Positions 51,863 through 63,680 are shown, counted from the first letter of the stretch. The stretch: 64,000 nucleotides of DNA from Octopus sinensis (GCF_006345805.1 NC_043000.1:5952001-6016000), one strand, 5' to 3'. Notes: generated from the letters alone by a model not told the origin. Numbers and translations: made by a program.

Positions 51863-52255
51863 CTAGCAGTATCGCTCAGCATTGCTCAGGTTTGTTTCGG
51901 CCCTTTAGAATTGGAATTTTTGAAAAGTAAAAATTTTGCATTATGTAGCTTGTTATACTCCTTAAGTGAACATTTTTCTGGTTGAAATACACTGAAAGAT
52001 GGCGACGCAGCAGCCAGAAAATCGTAAAAAACAGGAATTTTCATAGAAAAAAAAAGCACCTTTTTGATGTAAATAATTTTTGGTGTTAACATGGTCCGAT
52101 TTGAATTTTTTCTTCTACGGAAGGAAGAGCAAGCCTTCTTCTATCATACTCTCAATTTTGGTCAACTTGCGCTGCAGGGTCTCGAAGAGATAGTGTCAGT
52201 CGAAGGCTACCAAACCTGCCATACACAGACAACTTCAGCTTTATATAGAGAGAGA
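51863..52255 (-). mobile_element. Non-autonomous Helitron-like element
   Basis: On the minus strand A|TC...CTAG|T with no TSD and a degenerate GC-rich palindrome just inside the CTAG end. Confidence 0.72.
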
Positions 52256-52837
52256 TTTTCAGTATTTTAGTGACTATACCTGTTGGACCTCCTCATATCT
52301 TCAACAGCCATTTTGCTCTTGTACCTGTCCAATAGCTGGCCCCTCTATTGGGTAGACTTGGTGTAGTTCCTCTTTCTCCCACATATTCCAAATTCAGCAC
52401 CATCTCATTATAACATTTCCAAGCTTCTTTCTTCTCAACATTAGTCAGAGTAAGTGAGCTGCTATTATCTTGAATATACTTTTCCCTAATGACATCTTAA
52501 TATATTCTGACATACAGAACAACTCATGATTCTGATCTTCTCACAACAGAACTCTGGCAAACTTTCTATTTTCTACTTCTCTTCAAGTTATGTGCATTTA
52601 TTATCTAGTTCCTCCCTTAGTTACATGATATAGTTCTTTGCTATCCACATTCTTCCAGTTTTTCCATACCTGTCTGTTAGCTTTTATGACTCTGTTGATA
52701 GCATTGATCTACCACCGTGTTACCTTACATCAGGCTCTGATCACAGAACTTACTTTCAGCAAGTTGTACTGTAAGAAACTCCCAGTTATCTTCTGTGTCA
52801 TAGATTATAAATTTCTAATTCCTTTATGTCAAACATA

Positions 52838-53061
52838 TACTCTTTTACTCTTTTATTTACTCTTTTACTTGTTTTAGTCATTTGACTGTGGCCATGCTGG
52901 AGCACCACCTTTAGTCAAGCAAATTGACCCCAGGACTTATTCTTTGGAAGCCTAGTACTTATTTTATCGGTCTCTTTTGCCGAACCGCTAAGTTACGGGG
53001 GACGTAAACACACAACCATTGGGGGACAAACACAGACACACAAACATATATACACACGTAC

Positions 53062-53120
<59 letters not shown>

Positions 53121-53284
53121 ACGGGCTTCTTTCAGTTTCTGTCTACCAAATCCACTCACAAGGCTTTGGTCGGCCCAAGGCTATAGTAGAAGACACTTGC
53201 CCAACATGCCACGCAGTGGGAATGAACCCGGAACCATGTGGTTGGTAAGCAAGTTACTTACCGCACAGCGACTTCTGCACCTAT
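52838..53284 (-). mobile_element. SINE family A
   Basis: Reverse complement of family A with a long internal (TA)n. Confidence 0.9.
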
Positions 53285-54843
53285 GTAGAGAAGCTCTGAA
53301 CATATAATTTGTAGCAGAAGGATGTTTCCCTTTCTCTACCGTCTCTCTCCAGCATGTCTTTTGTCTCTCAGTTTATCTGATTCTTATTCCAAAGTCACTA
53401 GTCAGTACCTATGTTGTGCCTGTCCTGTTTCTTTTGATGAGTCTGTCTAGGTTGTATGTCTGCCTGATTGGAAGGAAAGCAGCTGACTGGTTGATTTTCT
53501 AAGTTGTTTTGTAGATGTTTGTTTTATTTGCATCACAGAACTTCAACCTTTTTGTTACCATATTTCTGTTGAGATGCTCTGTGTTTCTTCCAATTAATTT
53601 TAAATATAACAAAGAATTTAGTTCAATAACTTAGTTATCATTAAGCTTGTATTAGGAACATCATAAATTGTGACTAAGGTTTGGTGGAAGACTTAAATTC
53701 AAAACTTATAAAAACAAGACATTTGTACTACAGAGCCAGAGGTGGTTTCAGCCAGGTTGGTATCAAAAGGGTTAACAGTCTTGATCCCTTTTCATTCTGA
53801 GAACTGTATACATAGCCACCATGTACTCCAGAGTAGCTGGCACCATGCTACCCAACATTTCCATTGAAATCACCTATAAAGAAAATGATGTTAGTATCAT
53901 TTATCAAAGTGGTTCACAATAAGGCTTCATAAATCCTTTGTTATTTGTCTATTTCTCTGTCTCTTGTATACCTATTTCACTTAAGCCAACATTGTTACCT
54001 ACCCATAAAAGAAGTTATACCTGTTTTCTTCACCTGATAGGATTCTGGCTGAGACTCTTCTCCATTACACCTTTGCACCCACTTTCCTCCACACCTACAT
54101 TCCTTCACCCTGGTATCACTCTAATCTCACCAGTTCTACCTTTCATTGTGTCAGTATTGACAAATATGATTCTGAATTTCTGAAGTTGGATGGATTGATA
54201 GGCAAGGTGTGTTTTTTTGTACCTGAAGTGAGGTGTGTGATTATTTGATGATGGTCAAGAGGTAGTTGCACTTATTCAGATGTTCCTCCTGTCCACCTCA
54301 CTACTGTATACAACACTAACAGAGTAAATGCTAGTCCTGTGTATACAGCTTTGTCAATATACTGGATTATTTATTATTTTACAGGCTGGATGCCTCTCCT
54401 ATCACCAACCACTTTACAACTTGAATTGGGTGTGTTTTATCTTGCCGCCACTTCTAGACAGTTTCTTTATCAGGACTAAACTGTCCCTTCCATGTTGTGT
54501 TAGTTTTATTCAGAGTTACAGCTCTCTTAAGCAGGTTGTTTTTGCTGTGGCTTGTGGAGTTCATGTCTTTTCCTTGTGGATCTTCAGTCACAGTGTACAA
54601 TGCTAAAATTACAGCTTTAAGTACACTGTGTTATCTGGAAGCAAGATGAGAAGGAATGTGATAAAAGGTTATAGAAACCATCAGACGTCTTGATAGATGG
54701 GAAAAGGAGAATCTGGAAGAGAGACAGAAAGAATGGAGTGTGAGAGTGGGCATTTGGGAGTAAGACAGATGAAATGATGAGGTAAAGTCAGAATAAGATA
54801 TATGTGTATATATATAGATAGATACATTGATGGATAGATAGAT

Positions 54844-54882
<39 letters not shown>

Positions 54883-55596
54883 AGAGAGGCGATGGTGGAG
54901 ATAGAAAAGAGTTAGTTAAGAGAGGTAGGATGGAAAGAGAAAGATATATATGGACATGTTAGAATTGTAAAGAGAGAAAAAAGACCTGTAGGAGAGTAAT
55001 GAGATGGGGGAGGAAGAAGGGGATATGAAGTGAAGATAGTGAGAAGAGAGAAAGATAAAATCATGCTGTCAAAATGGGAGCATTAAGAACCTGTCCCTGT
55101 ATGGCTCAGCAGCGAAGGGAGAGAATCCAGAAAGACTTTATGGAAATGTGTGGTAGGTACGGAGGGGGGGAATAGGCATTTATGTTTGTTTAAAAGAAAT
55201 CACCAGTTTCTTTTTAAAAACCATGCAGCACCAATCCTTTTACAAAGGAACAGTGAATATACAAGAATAAAAATAATCCAAAAAAAAAGCTCAATCTTAT
55301 CTTCGGAATCTGTGTTTCAGTAAGGCCATTAAAATATGACATCATGAAATTTCTTTTCCAGAACAATATCCGTTTCTGTAGTCAATTGTCTGTTGTGTCA
55401 TGGATCACTGTTTCTACGTAGAAACCTATGACTTAGCCATGGCAGCAGCAACAGCTCAGATCTGTGTTAGTCTGTCATCATGAATCATTGTTTTCTTTAT
55501 AAACGGCACAACAAAAATCCTTTTGTGAATAGATAGCAAAATATTTGTAGTGTGTGTGTGTGTTTTATATATATATATATATATATAGGCGCAGGA

Positions 55597-55627
<31 letters not shown>

Positions 55628-55632
<5 letters not shown>

Positions 55633-56217
55633 CGCAGGAGTAGCTGTGTGGTAAGTAGCTTGCTAACCAACCACATGGTTCCGGGTTCAGTCCCACTGCG
55701 TGGCATCTTGGGCAAGTGTCTTCTGCTATAGCCCCGGGCCGACCAATGCTTTGTGAGTGGATTTGGTAGACAGAAACTGAAAGAAGCCTGTCGTATATAT
55801 ATATATATATTATATATATATATATATATATGTATGTGTTTGTGTGTCTGTGTTTGTCCCCCTAGCATTGCTTGACAACCGATGCTGGTGTGTTTACGTC
55901 CCCATAACTTAGCGGTTGAAGCGTTGTGTATTGTTTGTAAAATATAACATGTCTTGAATGGCAAAACAATCGGATGCCAGATAATATTTCCTAAATGCTG
56001 CCTTATATCAGAGCGTGGATAATTAAATTATAAAGCCATTATAGTCCACTCTGCATTGTTGTGCCTTTCAAGACAAGTTATATTGTTTCTGACGAAGAGC
56101 TCCACTCGAAACATTAAATCCTCCTTCTTTCTTTCCTTTCCTGAGCGTCCAGTAACACTATACTTGTTCCACATTCTTGCATTGTTGTGTTTTCTCTTTG
56201 TGTTTTCATGTTTTGAT

Positions 56218-56266
<49 letters not shown>

Positions 56267-56470
56267 ATATGTATATGTTTATGTGTCTGTGCATCTCTCC
56301 CCACCATCGCTTGACAACTGATGTTGGTGTGTTTACGTAACTTAGCAGTTTGGCAAAAGAGCTTGATAGAATAAGTACTAGGCTCACAAAGAATAAGTCC
56401 TGGGGTCAATTTGTTCGACTAAAGGCTGTACTCCAACATGGCCACAGTCAAATGACTGAAACAAACAAAA
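55628..56470 (+). mobile_element. SINE A interrupted by an unrelated 300-bp repeat (55918-56220, possibly Penelope-related)
   Basis: Family A head and body to 55917, insert with a 30-bp inverted repeat and CTGACGA...GAAA motif, then family A body and tail from about 56250. Confidence 0.75.
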
Positions 56471-56489
56471 GAATATAATAGTCATCATC

Positions 56490-57705
56490 ATCATATATGC
56501 AACTCGAAATACTTCAAGTCTTTGGTCCTCATGGCACAGAACACTGGCAAATTTTTTCTTATATGCTTCCCCTCTGGCTAAATAAACCTGTCTCTTAGCT
56601 TCCCTTCTGGCAGTCTGATACAATTCCCTGCTACCTCCATTCTTCCAGTCCTTCCAAGCCTGTTTCTTTTGTCTAATAGCCCTGTCAACCACATTGTTCC
56701 ATGACCATGTTACTTTGGGTCGAGAGGGGACTTTGCACCATCGACAGATCTGGTCAGTGGCTCTCAGCAGGTTGTCCCGTAGAAACTTCCAGTTGTCTTC
56801 TACATTATGTGATGCTATATCCCCTTCTATTTCGTCAAAGGCTTCGAATAATATGTCTCCAAATCTCTGTCCATTTGCCTGATCTTGAAGCTTCCAGACT
56901 CTTCTCCTCCAAGCTGGTCTTCTTCTGGGCATCGATTTAGTCCTGATCCCAAAGTCGCTAACTACTACTCTATATTGAGGGTTACATTCTTCACCTGGGA
57001 AAGTTTTGGCATTTATAAGCATTCTTCTTTCCCTTTTTCTGGCGAGGATGTAGTCAATTTGGCTAGTGTGACTGCCAGAATGGTAGGTGACTAGGTGACA
57101 GGCAGGTTTCCTGAAGTTGGTATTGCAAACCATAAGATCTTTTGCACCACAGAACTCCAGCAGTCTGGTTCCCTCCTCATTGCGGGAACCAAAACCATAG
57201 CCTCCATGTACACCATGGAAGCCCCTGCATGTTGTCCAACATGTCCATGGAAATCACCAGCCACAAAGAGAAGGTCCCTGTCATTCGTCAACAAGGTAAT
57301 CTGCAATAGGGTGTCATAAAATCAGTCTTTCTGCCCATCCGGCTGCCCCGGTTGAGGGGCATAGGCTGATATAAAGGTAGCTAACCTATGGTGAAGTACT
57401 AATCTAATCTTAAGTACTCTGTCACATACTCTGACTACGTTGATTACCTTATCAACCCATTTCTCCGCAAGAAGTATACCCACGCCCCTGACCCTGTCAG
57501 TGTTCTCTGCCCAGAAAATCTTGTACCTGTGTTCTTTGCCTGTGAGGAACCTAGCAAAACCTCCTCTCCACCTTACTTCTTGGATGCAGCACAAATTTAC
57601 ACATCTCCGTTCAAGCATCTCAACAATCTCACCAGACCTACCTTTTAGTGTGCCAACTCTGAGGGTGTGGGAGGTGTGGGCCTGTGAGACTCTGGGATGA
57701 GGGAC
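56490..57705 (-). pseudogene. RTE-clade LINE fragment encoding the AP endonuclease, disrupted
   Basis: LRVGTLKGRSGEIVEML...CCIQEVRWRG...GVGILL...ISAYAPQ, VAGDFHGHVG, TYHSGSHTSQIDYIL; one stop near 57322 and a frameshift near 57220; no RT domain follows. Confidence 0.93.
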
Positions 57706-57742
57706 AGATATATATATATAATAATATAAATATAATATATAT

Positions 57743-57950
57743 GTCATCATCATCATCATCATCGTTTAACGTCCGTTCTCCATGCTAGCATGGGTTGGAC
57801 GGTTCGACTGGGGATCTGGGAAGCCAGAAGGCTGCACCAGGCTCCAGTCTTATGTGGCAATGTTTCTACAGCTGGATGCCCTTTCTAACGCCAACCACTC
57901 CGTGAGTGTAGTGAGTGCTTTTTATGTGCCACCTGTAAAAAGGTGGCACG
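57743..57950 (-). mobile_element. Family D repeat, young
   Basis: (cat)n-cgtttaacgtccgttctccatgctagcatgggttggacggtt...; near-identical in reverse to 9328-9498. Confidence 0.88.
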
Positions 57951-58264
57951 TATAATGTATATATAATAATATAATATATATATATATATATAATAATATA
58001 CATATATTATATTGTCTGTTTGTCTACATCGTAACTTAGTGGTTTTGTATAAGGGAACTGATAGAATAAGGAACAGAAATAAAGAAAAGTAATGGGCTTG
58101 ACTTCTTCAACTAAACCTGTCAAGGCCATGCTGCTGCATGATCACAGTCCATTGATTCGAGTAAAAGGTAAAAGATGAAACAAATTGGATATTGATTGAT
58201 AATGTTATTGCTTTTATTTGCTTGATGTATTAATGATGTGTCTGTTTCCTTGCATCTTTTTCAG

Positions 58265-58380
58265 GTTTACCTGTTTCCCCTGGCAGTGGTGGCATGTGGG
58301 AATCTCAGCTTCTCAAAATTCCAGCAGTCTCTCCTTCCATAATGAATTGTTGTGTTATGAAGGTGGATTATTTTGTTAAG
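58265..58380 (+). CDS. ARRDC3: Alpha-arrestin (ARRDC3-like) coding exon, 116 nt
   Basis: ttttcag acceptor, aag|gtatcg donor, phase 1 to 0. Encodes (G)LPVSPGSGGMWESQLLKIPAVSPSIMNCCVMKVDYFVK. Confidence 0.95.
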
Positions 58381-58429
58381 GTATCGTTTTCTGTCTTCAG
58401 CCTTTCCAGTGACAATTTTTATCTGAATA

Positions 58430-58625
58430 TGGCAAAACCATTATCACATCAGGCAAAACGCTTAGCAGCATTTCATCAATCTTTACATTCTGAGTTCAAC
58501 TTCAGCCGCTTTGCTTTTCATCCTTTCAGGGTCAATAAATAAGTACCAGTTGAATACTGGGGTTGATGTAATTGATTCACACCTCCTCCAAAATTACTGG
58601 CCTTGTGCCAAAATTTGAAATTAAT
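58430..58625 (+). mobile_element. SINE family B, diverged
   Basis: ttctgagttcaa...gcttttcatcctttcagggtcaataaataagtaccag. Confidence 0.75.
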
Positions 58626-58797
58626 ATGTTAGAGTCTTTGAACTTTCTCAAGAGGGGTTGATTTTAATGATTTTTCTTTAATGGCATAAGAAGCCAAATG
58701 AAACTGTGTGTGCCCATGATTTTCTCTGGCTCCCCAATACTGGCAAGATCAATGTCCATCCTAATCATTTGGAAGTCAATGTCTTCAAAATGAATAA

Positions 58798-58949
58798 ATA
58801 GGCACGGGCGTGGCTGTGGGGTAAGAAGCTTGCTTTCCAGCCACATGGTTCTGGGTTCAGTCCCACTTGGGCTAGTGTCTTCTATTATAACCTTGGGCTG
58901 ACCAAACCTTTGTGAGTGGATTTGATAGACAGAAACTGAAAGAAGCCTG

Positions 58950-59000
<51 letters not shown>

Positions 59001-59170
59001 GTGTGTGTATGTGTGTATTTGAGTCTGTGTTTGTCCCCCCATCACCGCTTGATGGAATAAGTACGAGGCATAACAAAAAATAAGTACTGGGATCAAATCA
59101 TTTGACTAAAAAGAATGCTCCAGCATGACCACAATCAAATGAGTGGAACAAGTAAAAGTATAAAAGAATA
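58798..59170 (+). mobile_element. SINE family A
   Basis: Family A head, (TA)n centre and tail, with internal deletions. Confidence 0.85.
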
Positions 59171-59205
59171 AATAAATGAATGTGTAAATGAATAAATACA
59201 TAAAT

Positions 59206-59570
59206 AAAAGGAGCACTCAGGGAGCGCAAACCTCCCCCAAGGCGTCACCAACGTCCTCTCAAAGAGTATCCGGAGATGATTTTTAAAATGAGAATATCAG
59301 AAATAAACTCGACTGCTCTCACAAACGAGAATACTAAAAATGAACCCGATTGCTCTTAAAAATTAAGTAGAAAACAGAAAAAAATAATCCAGACTTCTTG
59401 GCCGGTACCAGATTGATCCCAAAATCTAATCAGTTCATGCCAGTCACAAGTCCAAGCAGTTTTGAAAGTTTCACCCAAATCCATCAAGCAGTTCTTGAGA
59501 TATCTTGTCCACAGACAAACAAACGCGACTGAAAACAATACCTCCATCCTTACTAAGACGGACATAATGA
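59206..59570 (-). mobile_element. Helentron/HINE-like non-autonomous element
   Basis: gcactcagggagcgc hairpin plus acctccccc at one end; tacctccatccttactaagacggacataat degenerate inverted repeat at the other; acagacaaacaaac microsatellite. Classification from recalled structure. Confidence 0.55.
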
Positions 59571-59699
59571 AATAGGATGGAACATGGATGAGAATGGTAA
59601 TTTCAGAGGACTGACATTTTGTAGTGAAAGGATTGTGTATAGTTATTAGTGCAGGAGCTTGTTGGTGAGAGAAAAGGATAAGAAGAGCATTGGGTGGGC

Positions 59700-60100
59700 T
59701 TGGGTAGAGATGATATACGGACAACTAGTTCAACGGAGTAGAGGTTGTTATAGTGCATAGAATTGGCAGAGTGAGGGGTCAATATATTTATGGGCCAGAT
59801 TTTAATGTGTTGGTGAGTAAGCCTTTATCAACTGGTCTGTTGACTTTCTTTCGAATGTAGTCTTGAATGTTTTTCCATTGTGGATCCTGGGTTTTGTTGA
59901 TAGTCAGCAAGTAATCGAGAGTGAAGTAATTTCTGGCCCTGAAAAGAAGCACTAGTTTTTGGGACACAAGTTTTAGATGTGCTGTGTATGTAGGGTTGCC
60001 AAGAGAGGTCCACAGAAATTGTATCAAATGTTCGATACCACAACGTTTAAATGTTTTAGCTTTACTAATGAAATTATTGTATACAACACTCATCCAAGTC
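59700..60100 (-). pseudogene. CR1-like LINE C-terminal relic
   Basis: KLVSQKLVLLFRARNYFTLDYLLTINKTQ resembles the CR1/L2 thumb region. Confidence 0.45.
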
Positions 60101-60579
60101 TAGAAACCGTGAAGTATAAATACTGTTTGCTTGATATGAGCAGTGATTCGGTCTTTGTATTGTTGAAGAAAACCTGTTTGTCATGTTTCTGTTAAGACTA
60201 TGGTTTTGAAATATCCATTCATGGAGGCAGGGCACATTTAATATGAGTTGTCTTGGTTGCATGTAAATGTCTGTGTGTAAATAGTTAGTTTGTTAGTAAA
60301 CTTGGCCCTCCTGTTCAAAGAACATCAGGCTACCTGAGCTTTCCAGTCATCTTTGCCAAATGCCAGGTCCCAAGCCTTGTTCTAGCTCTTGTCGTCACAT
60401 GAGATCTTGTTTCACTACTGCCAGCCATTTCTTCCTGGACACTCTTTCTTCTTGGGATCCTGCAGAGACCACTGCAGACACTGGTGTGGAAGATAGGAGT
60501 ATCCATCCTGGTCACATATCCAAGCCACTTTATCCTCTGCTGGCTACCAACTGACATAACATGAGAACCTAAATTTTGG

Positions 60580-61390
60580 TATGACTGCACTGGTATGGAC
60601 ATGTGGTGCAAATGGATGAGGACAGCTGTGTGAAAAAGTGTCACACCCTAGCAGTTGAGGGAACCTGTGGAAGAGGTAGACCCAGGAAGACCTGGGATGA
60701 GGTGGTGAAGCACAACCTTTGAACATTAGGCCTCACCGAAGCAATGACTAGTGACTGAAACCTTTGGAAATATGCTGTGCTTGAGAAGACTTGGCAAGCA
60801 AAGTGAGACCATAACCCGTGGCCTATGCCAGCAGTATAACCAGCCTACTTATGTGTTGTTTGCAAAGACTTGTTGAGGCAAGTGAAATCACATTCAAAAT
60901 CAAATTTGCTGATGTGGCCAATGACAGCACCGCATGACTGGCACCTGTGCCAGTGGAATGTTAAAAGTAACATCCAAGCGTGATTGTTGCCAGGGCCACT
61001 GACTGGCTCTCATGCTGGAGGAACATAGAAAGCACCATTCAAGCGTGATCATTACCAGCATCACCTTACTGGCACTTGTGCTGGTGGCACGTGAAAAACA
61101 ACATTCAAGTGAGGTCATTGCCAGTGCCGCTGGACTGGCTCCTGTGCAGGTGGCACACAAAAAAGACCATTTGAGTGTGGCCATCGCCAGTACTGCCTGA
61201 CTGGCCCTCGTGCCGGTGGCATGTAAAAGCACCCACTATACTCTCAGAGTGGTTGGTGTTAGGAAGGGCATCCAGCTGTAGAAATTCTGCCAGATCAGAT
61301 TGGAGCCTGGTGCAGCCATCTGGCTCACCAGTCCTCAGTCACACCTTCCAACCTATGCCAGCATGGAAAGCGATGATGACAATGATGAGG
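60580..61390 (+). mobile_element. RTE LINE 3' end (ORF C-terminus, repetitive 3' UTR, (GAT)n tail)
   Basis: LHWYGHVVQMDEDSCVKKCHTLAVEGTCGRGRPRKTWDEVVKH..., then several ~63-bp degenerate repeats (actggc..ctgtgc..gtggcac..aaaagcaccatt), then the family D tail. Confidence 0.88.
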
Positions 61391-61903
61391 TTGTGACACA
61401 GTCTCTATGAAATGTAGTGAATGTTACGCAAGCATCTTTACTGAAAGATGTTCACTTTTCTCTCTGGTGTCTTATTGAGAAGCTGGGACTCACAGCCGTA
61501 GAGAAGGTTAGAGAAGACCCTGTTTGATCACAGCTGGGTTTTGATCTTCGTATTGGTTAGGGAGGAGCTTAAAGTGGTTTCATCTGCATGAATGAGCTTT
61601 GTTAAAGCTGACAGATGTATTCTGGAATCAGTGATGCCAAGTGAATATTGCTAAATTCTTTAGTATTCCCTATATTACCTCTTTAAAATCCCTTTGATAC
61701 CAACCTGCATGAGCATGTTCTTCGTCTTATGATAAAACCTTCTTGTTTTAAAGAGATTTAAATTAAAACTTGCCAGCAACATTTCACATTAATTTAATTT
61801 CCAAACACCAGTTTAATAACGACTAAGTAATTTTACTAAATTCTTCACTCTTTTCAAAATTAATTGAAACAAAGGTAGTGTATTTCTGAAGGTTACAAAT
61901 GGG

Positions 61904-62758
61904 TTTTGCATGTTGTAGAAATATAACCAATCTATTTGCACATATATTTTAACAACAAAACTCTTATATAGACCCCTAAGGGCCATATGGATCCCAGTTG
62001 AAAACCACTGCTTTAGGACAACAAATGGCTAGATGAAAGTATCACAAAATGTTTTTTAACCCTTTTGATAACAACCCGGCTGAAACCGCCTCTGGCTCTG
62101 TAGTACAAATGCCTTGTTTTCATAAGTTCTGAATTAAAATCTTCCACCAAACCTTAATCACAATTTAGGTTCCTAACACTAGCTTAATGATAACTAAGTT
62201 ATTTTATTAAATTCTTTGTTATATTTAAAATTAATTGGAAGAAACACAGAGCATCTCAAAAGAAATACAGTAATGAAAGGGTTGAATATGGTTGCAAAAT
62301 TCTTGCTTTTAAACATCATATTGTGAAAATTAATATTTTAAAATTTAACACACTCACTGGCAAAATTTCCACTAATTTATTTTTATTTTCCTAAAATTTT
62401 CGTTACATCTTGCAACCTTTTCAAGAGTCTTGTGTTAAATTATAATGCACAAAAAGAAAATGACTCTCCCCAGACACGACAGAATATGCTTCAACATGTG
62501 AACTCACATAAAGAATCTTGCAAACCAAATCCAAAACCGAAATATATATTAAGAATAAAATTTTCACATTTTTTAAAAATGGTATGACAAAATTCTTACA
62601 GACGATTTATGTCTGGCAGCATACTTGCGCAAACCATTTGTTGTCCTAAAGCAGTGGTTTTCAACTGGGATCCATATGGCCCTTAGGGGTCTATATAAGA
62701 GTTTTGTTGTTAAAATATATGTGCAAATAGATTGGTTATATTTCTACAACATGCAAAA
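61904..62758. repeat. Perfect 125-bp inverted repeat (61904-62028 / 62634-62758)
   Basis: Arms compared base by base with no mismatch found. Confidence 0.93.
62060..62281 (-). mobile_element. piggyBac-like MITE (family P1)
   Basis: TTAA|CCCtttt ... aaaGGG|TTGA; reverse complement of the 37364 and 53545 copies. Confidence 0.85.
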
Positions 62759-62911
62759 TATTTTAACAATTTTTGAAAAGTAATTTGTAATAATATTTAA
62801 TTTTAAAAATATAATAAGGTCTTTTTAAAACATGGAATGGCTAGAAGGATCCATCTGAATAAAATAGGAATCAAAGGGGTCCATAGCTAAAAAATTAGTT
62901 GAGAAACACTG
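62652..62911. mobile_element. hAT (Charlie-like) MITE
   Basis: TIRs cagtggttttcaact / agttgagaaacactg; 8-bp TSD tcctaaag / tcctgaag. Confidence 0.85.
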
Positions 62912-63472
62912 TCCTGAAGAATTTTTAAGGAATTGAAAAACATTTCTTCAAAACTAGGTCCTTTGTTTTCTCCTTACCAGCTGGTTCATTTAAAAGGCGT
63001 TTTTTAATATTTTTGTGTGTAGCAGCAATGACATTAAAAAAATGATTTCTTCATCTGACTGAAGTTTTCTACCAAATGAGTATCAGTGTTAAATATCTGC
63101 TCTTACTTGTTTCAGTCATTTGACTGTGGCCACATTGGGGAAACCACCTTGTGCGGGCCCATGAACCTGGCTAGGCTTTAAAAGGGTGCATTTATTTTTT
63201 AAATTGACCCCAGCACTTATTTTGTTTGAACCTTGAACCATGTGGTGGGGAAGCAAGCTTCTTACCACACAAATAAATAAAATAAAAGGTTGATTTATGT
63301 GGATTTAATAGAGCTGGCTCCTATCAAAAGTAACATACTGAGAGACCAAGTTCAGCTAGTTTGAATGTTAAAGCATTTATTGTCAAAACTGAATCTATGC
63401 AGACTAATATGAATGAGATCTAAGTCAAATAATATATAAAGTTTCTTTTCTTTTTTATCTTCCTATTTTCAG

Positions 63473-63680
63473 GTTGCATTACACATCCCAGGATCATACA
63501 ATCTGACACTACAGCTACCTGTAGTGATAGGTACTGTTCCTTATCGAAGAGCACGTCCTTATCACTACTCTTCCGAACCTCGATACTGCCGACCACTCCA
63601 ACCACAAACATGTAGCCTAAACCTGTTACCTTTACCGCCACCTTACAGAGAAACTGTTACCCCACCACCTCCATTCGAAG
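63473..63680 (+). CDS. ARRDC3: Alpha-arrestin (ARRDC3-like) coding exon, 208 nt, end of arrestin-C domain and PPxY tail
   Basis: ttttcag acceptor, aag|gtaagt donor. Encodes VALHIPGSYNLTLQLPVVIGTVPYRR...LPLPPPYRETVTPPPPFE; 'LPVVIGTVP' motif and PPPY at 63635-63646. No stop in the exon, so the gene continues past the window. Confidence 0.95.

Noticed and set aside
54640-55180. Purine-rich tract (and pyrimidine-rich 25000-25980) as a structural element
   Set aside because: Degenerate GA/CT low-complexity sequence with no defined repeat or symmetry to support a function.
56384-57133. 249-aa ORF as a functional gene
   Set aside because: Part of a disrupted RTE endonuclease region that runs into a SINE tail.
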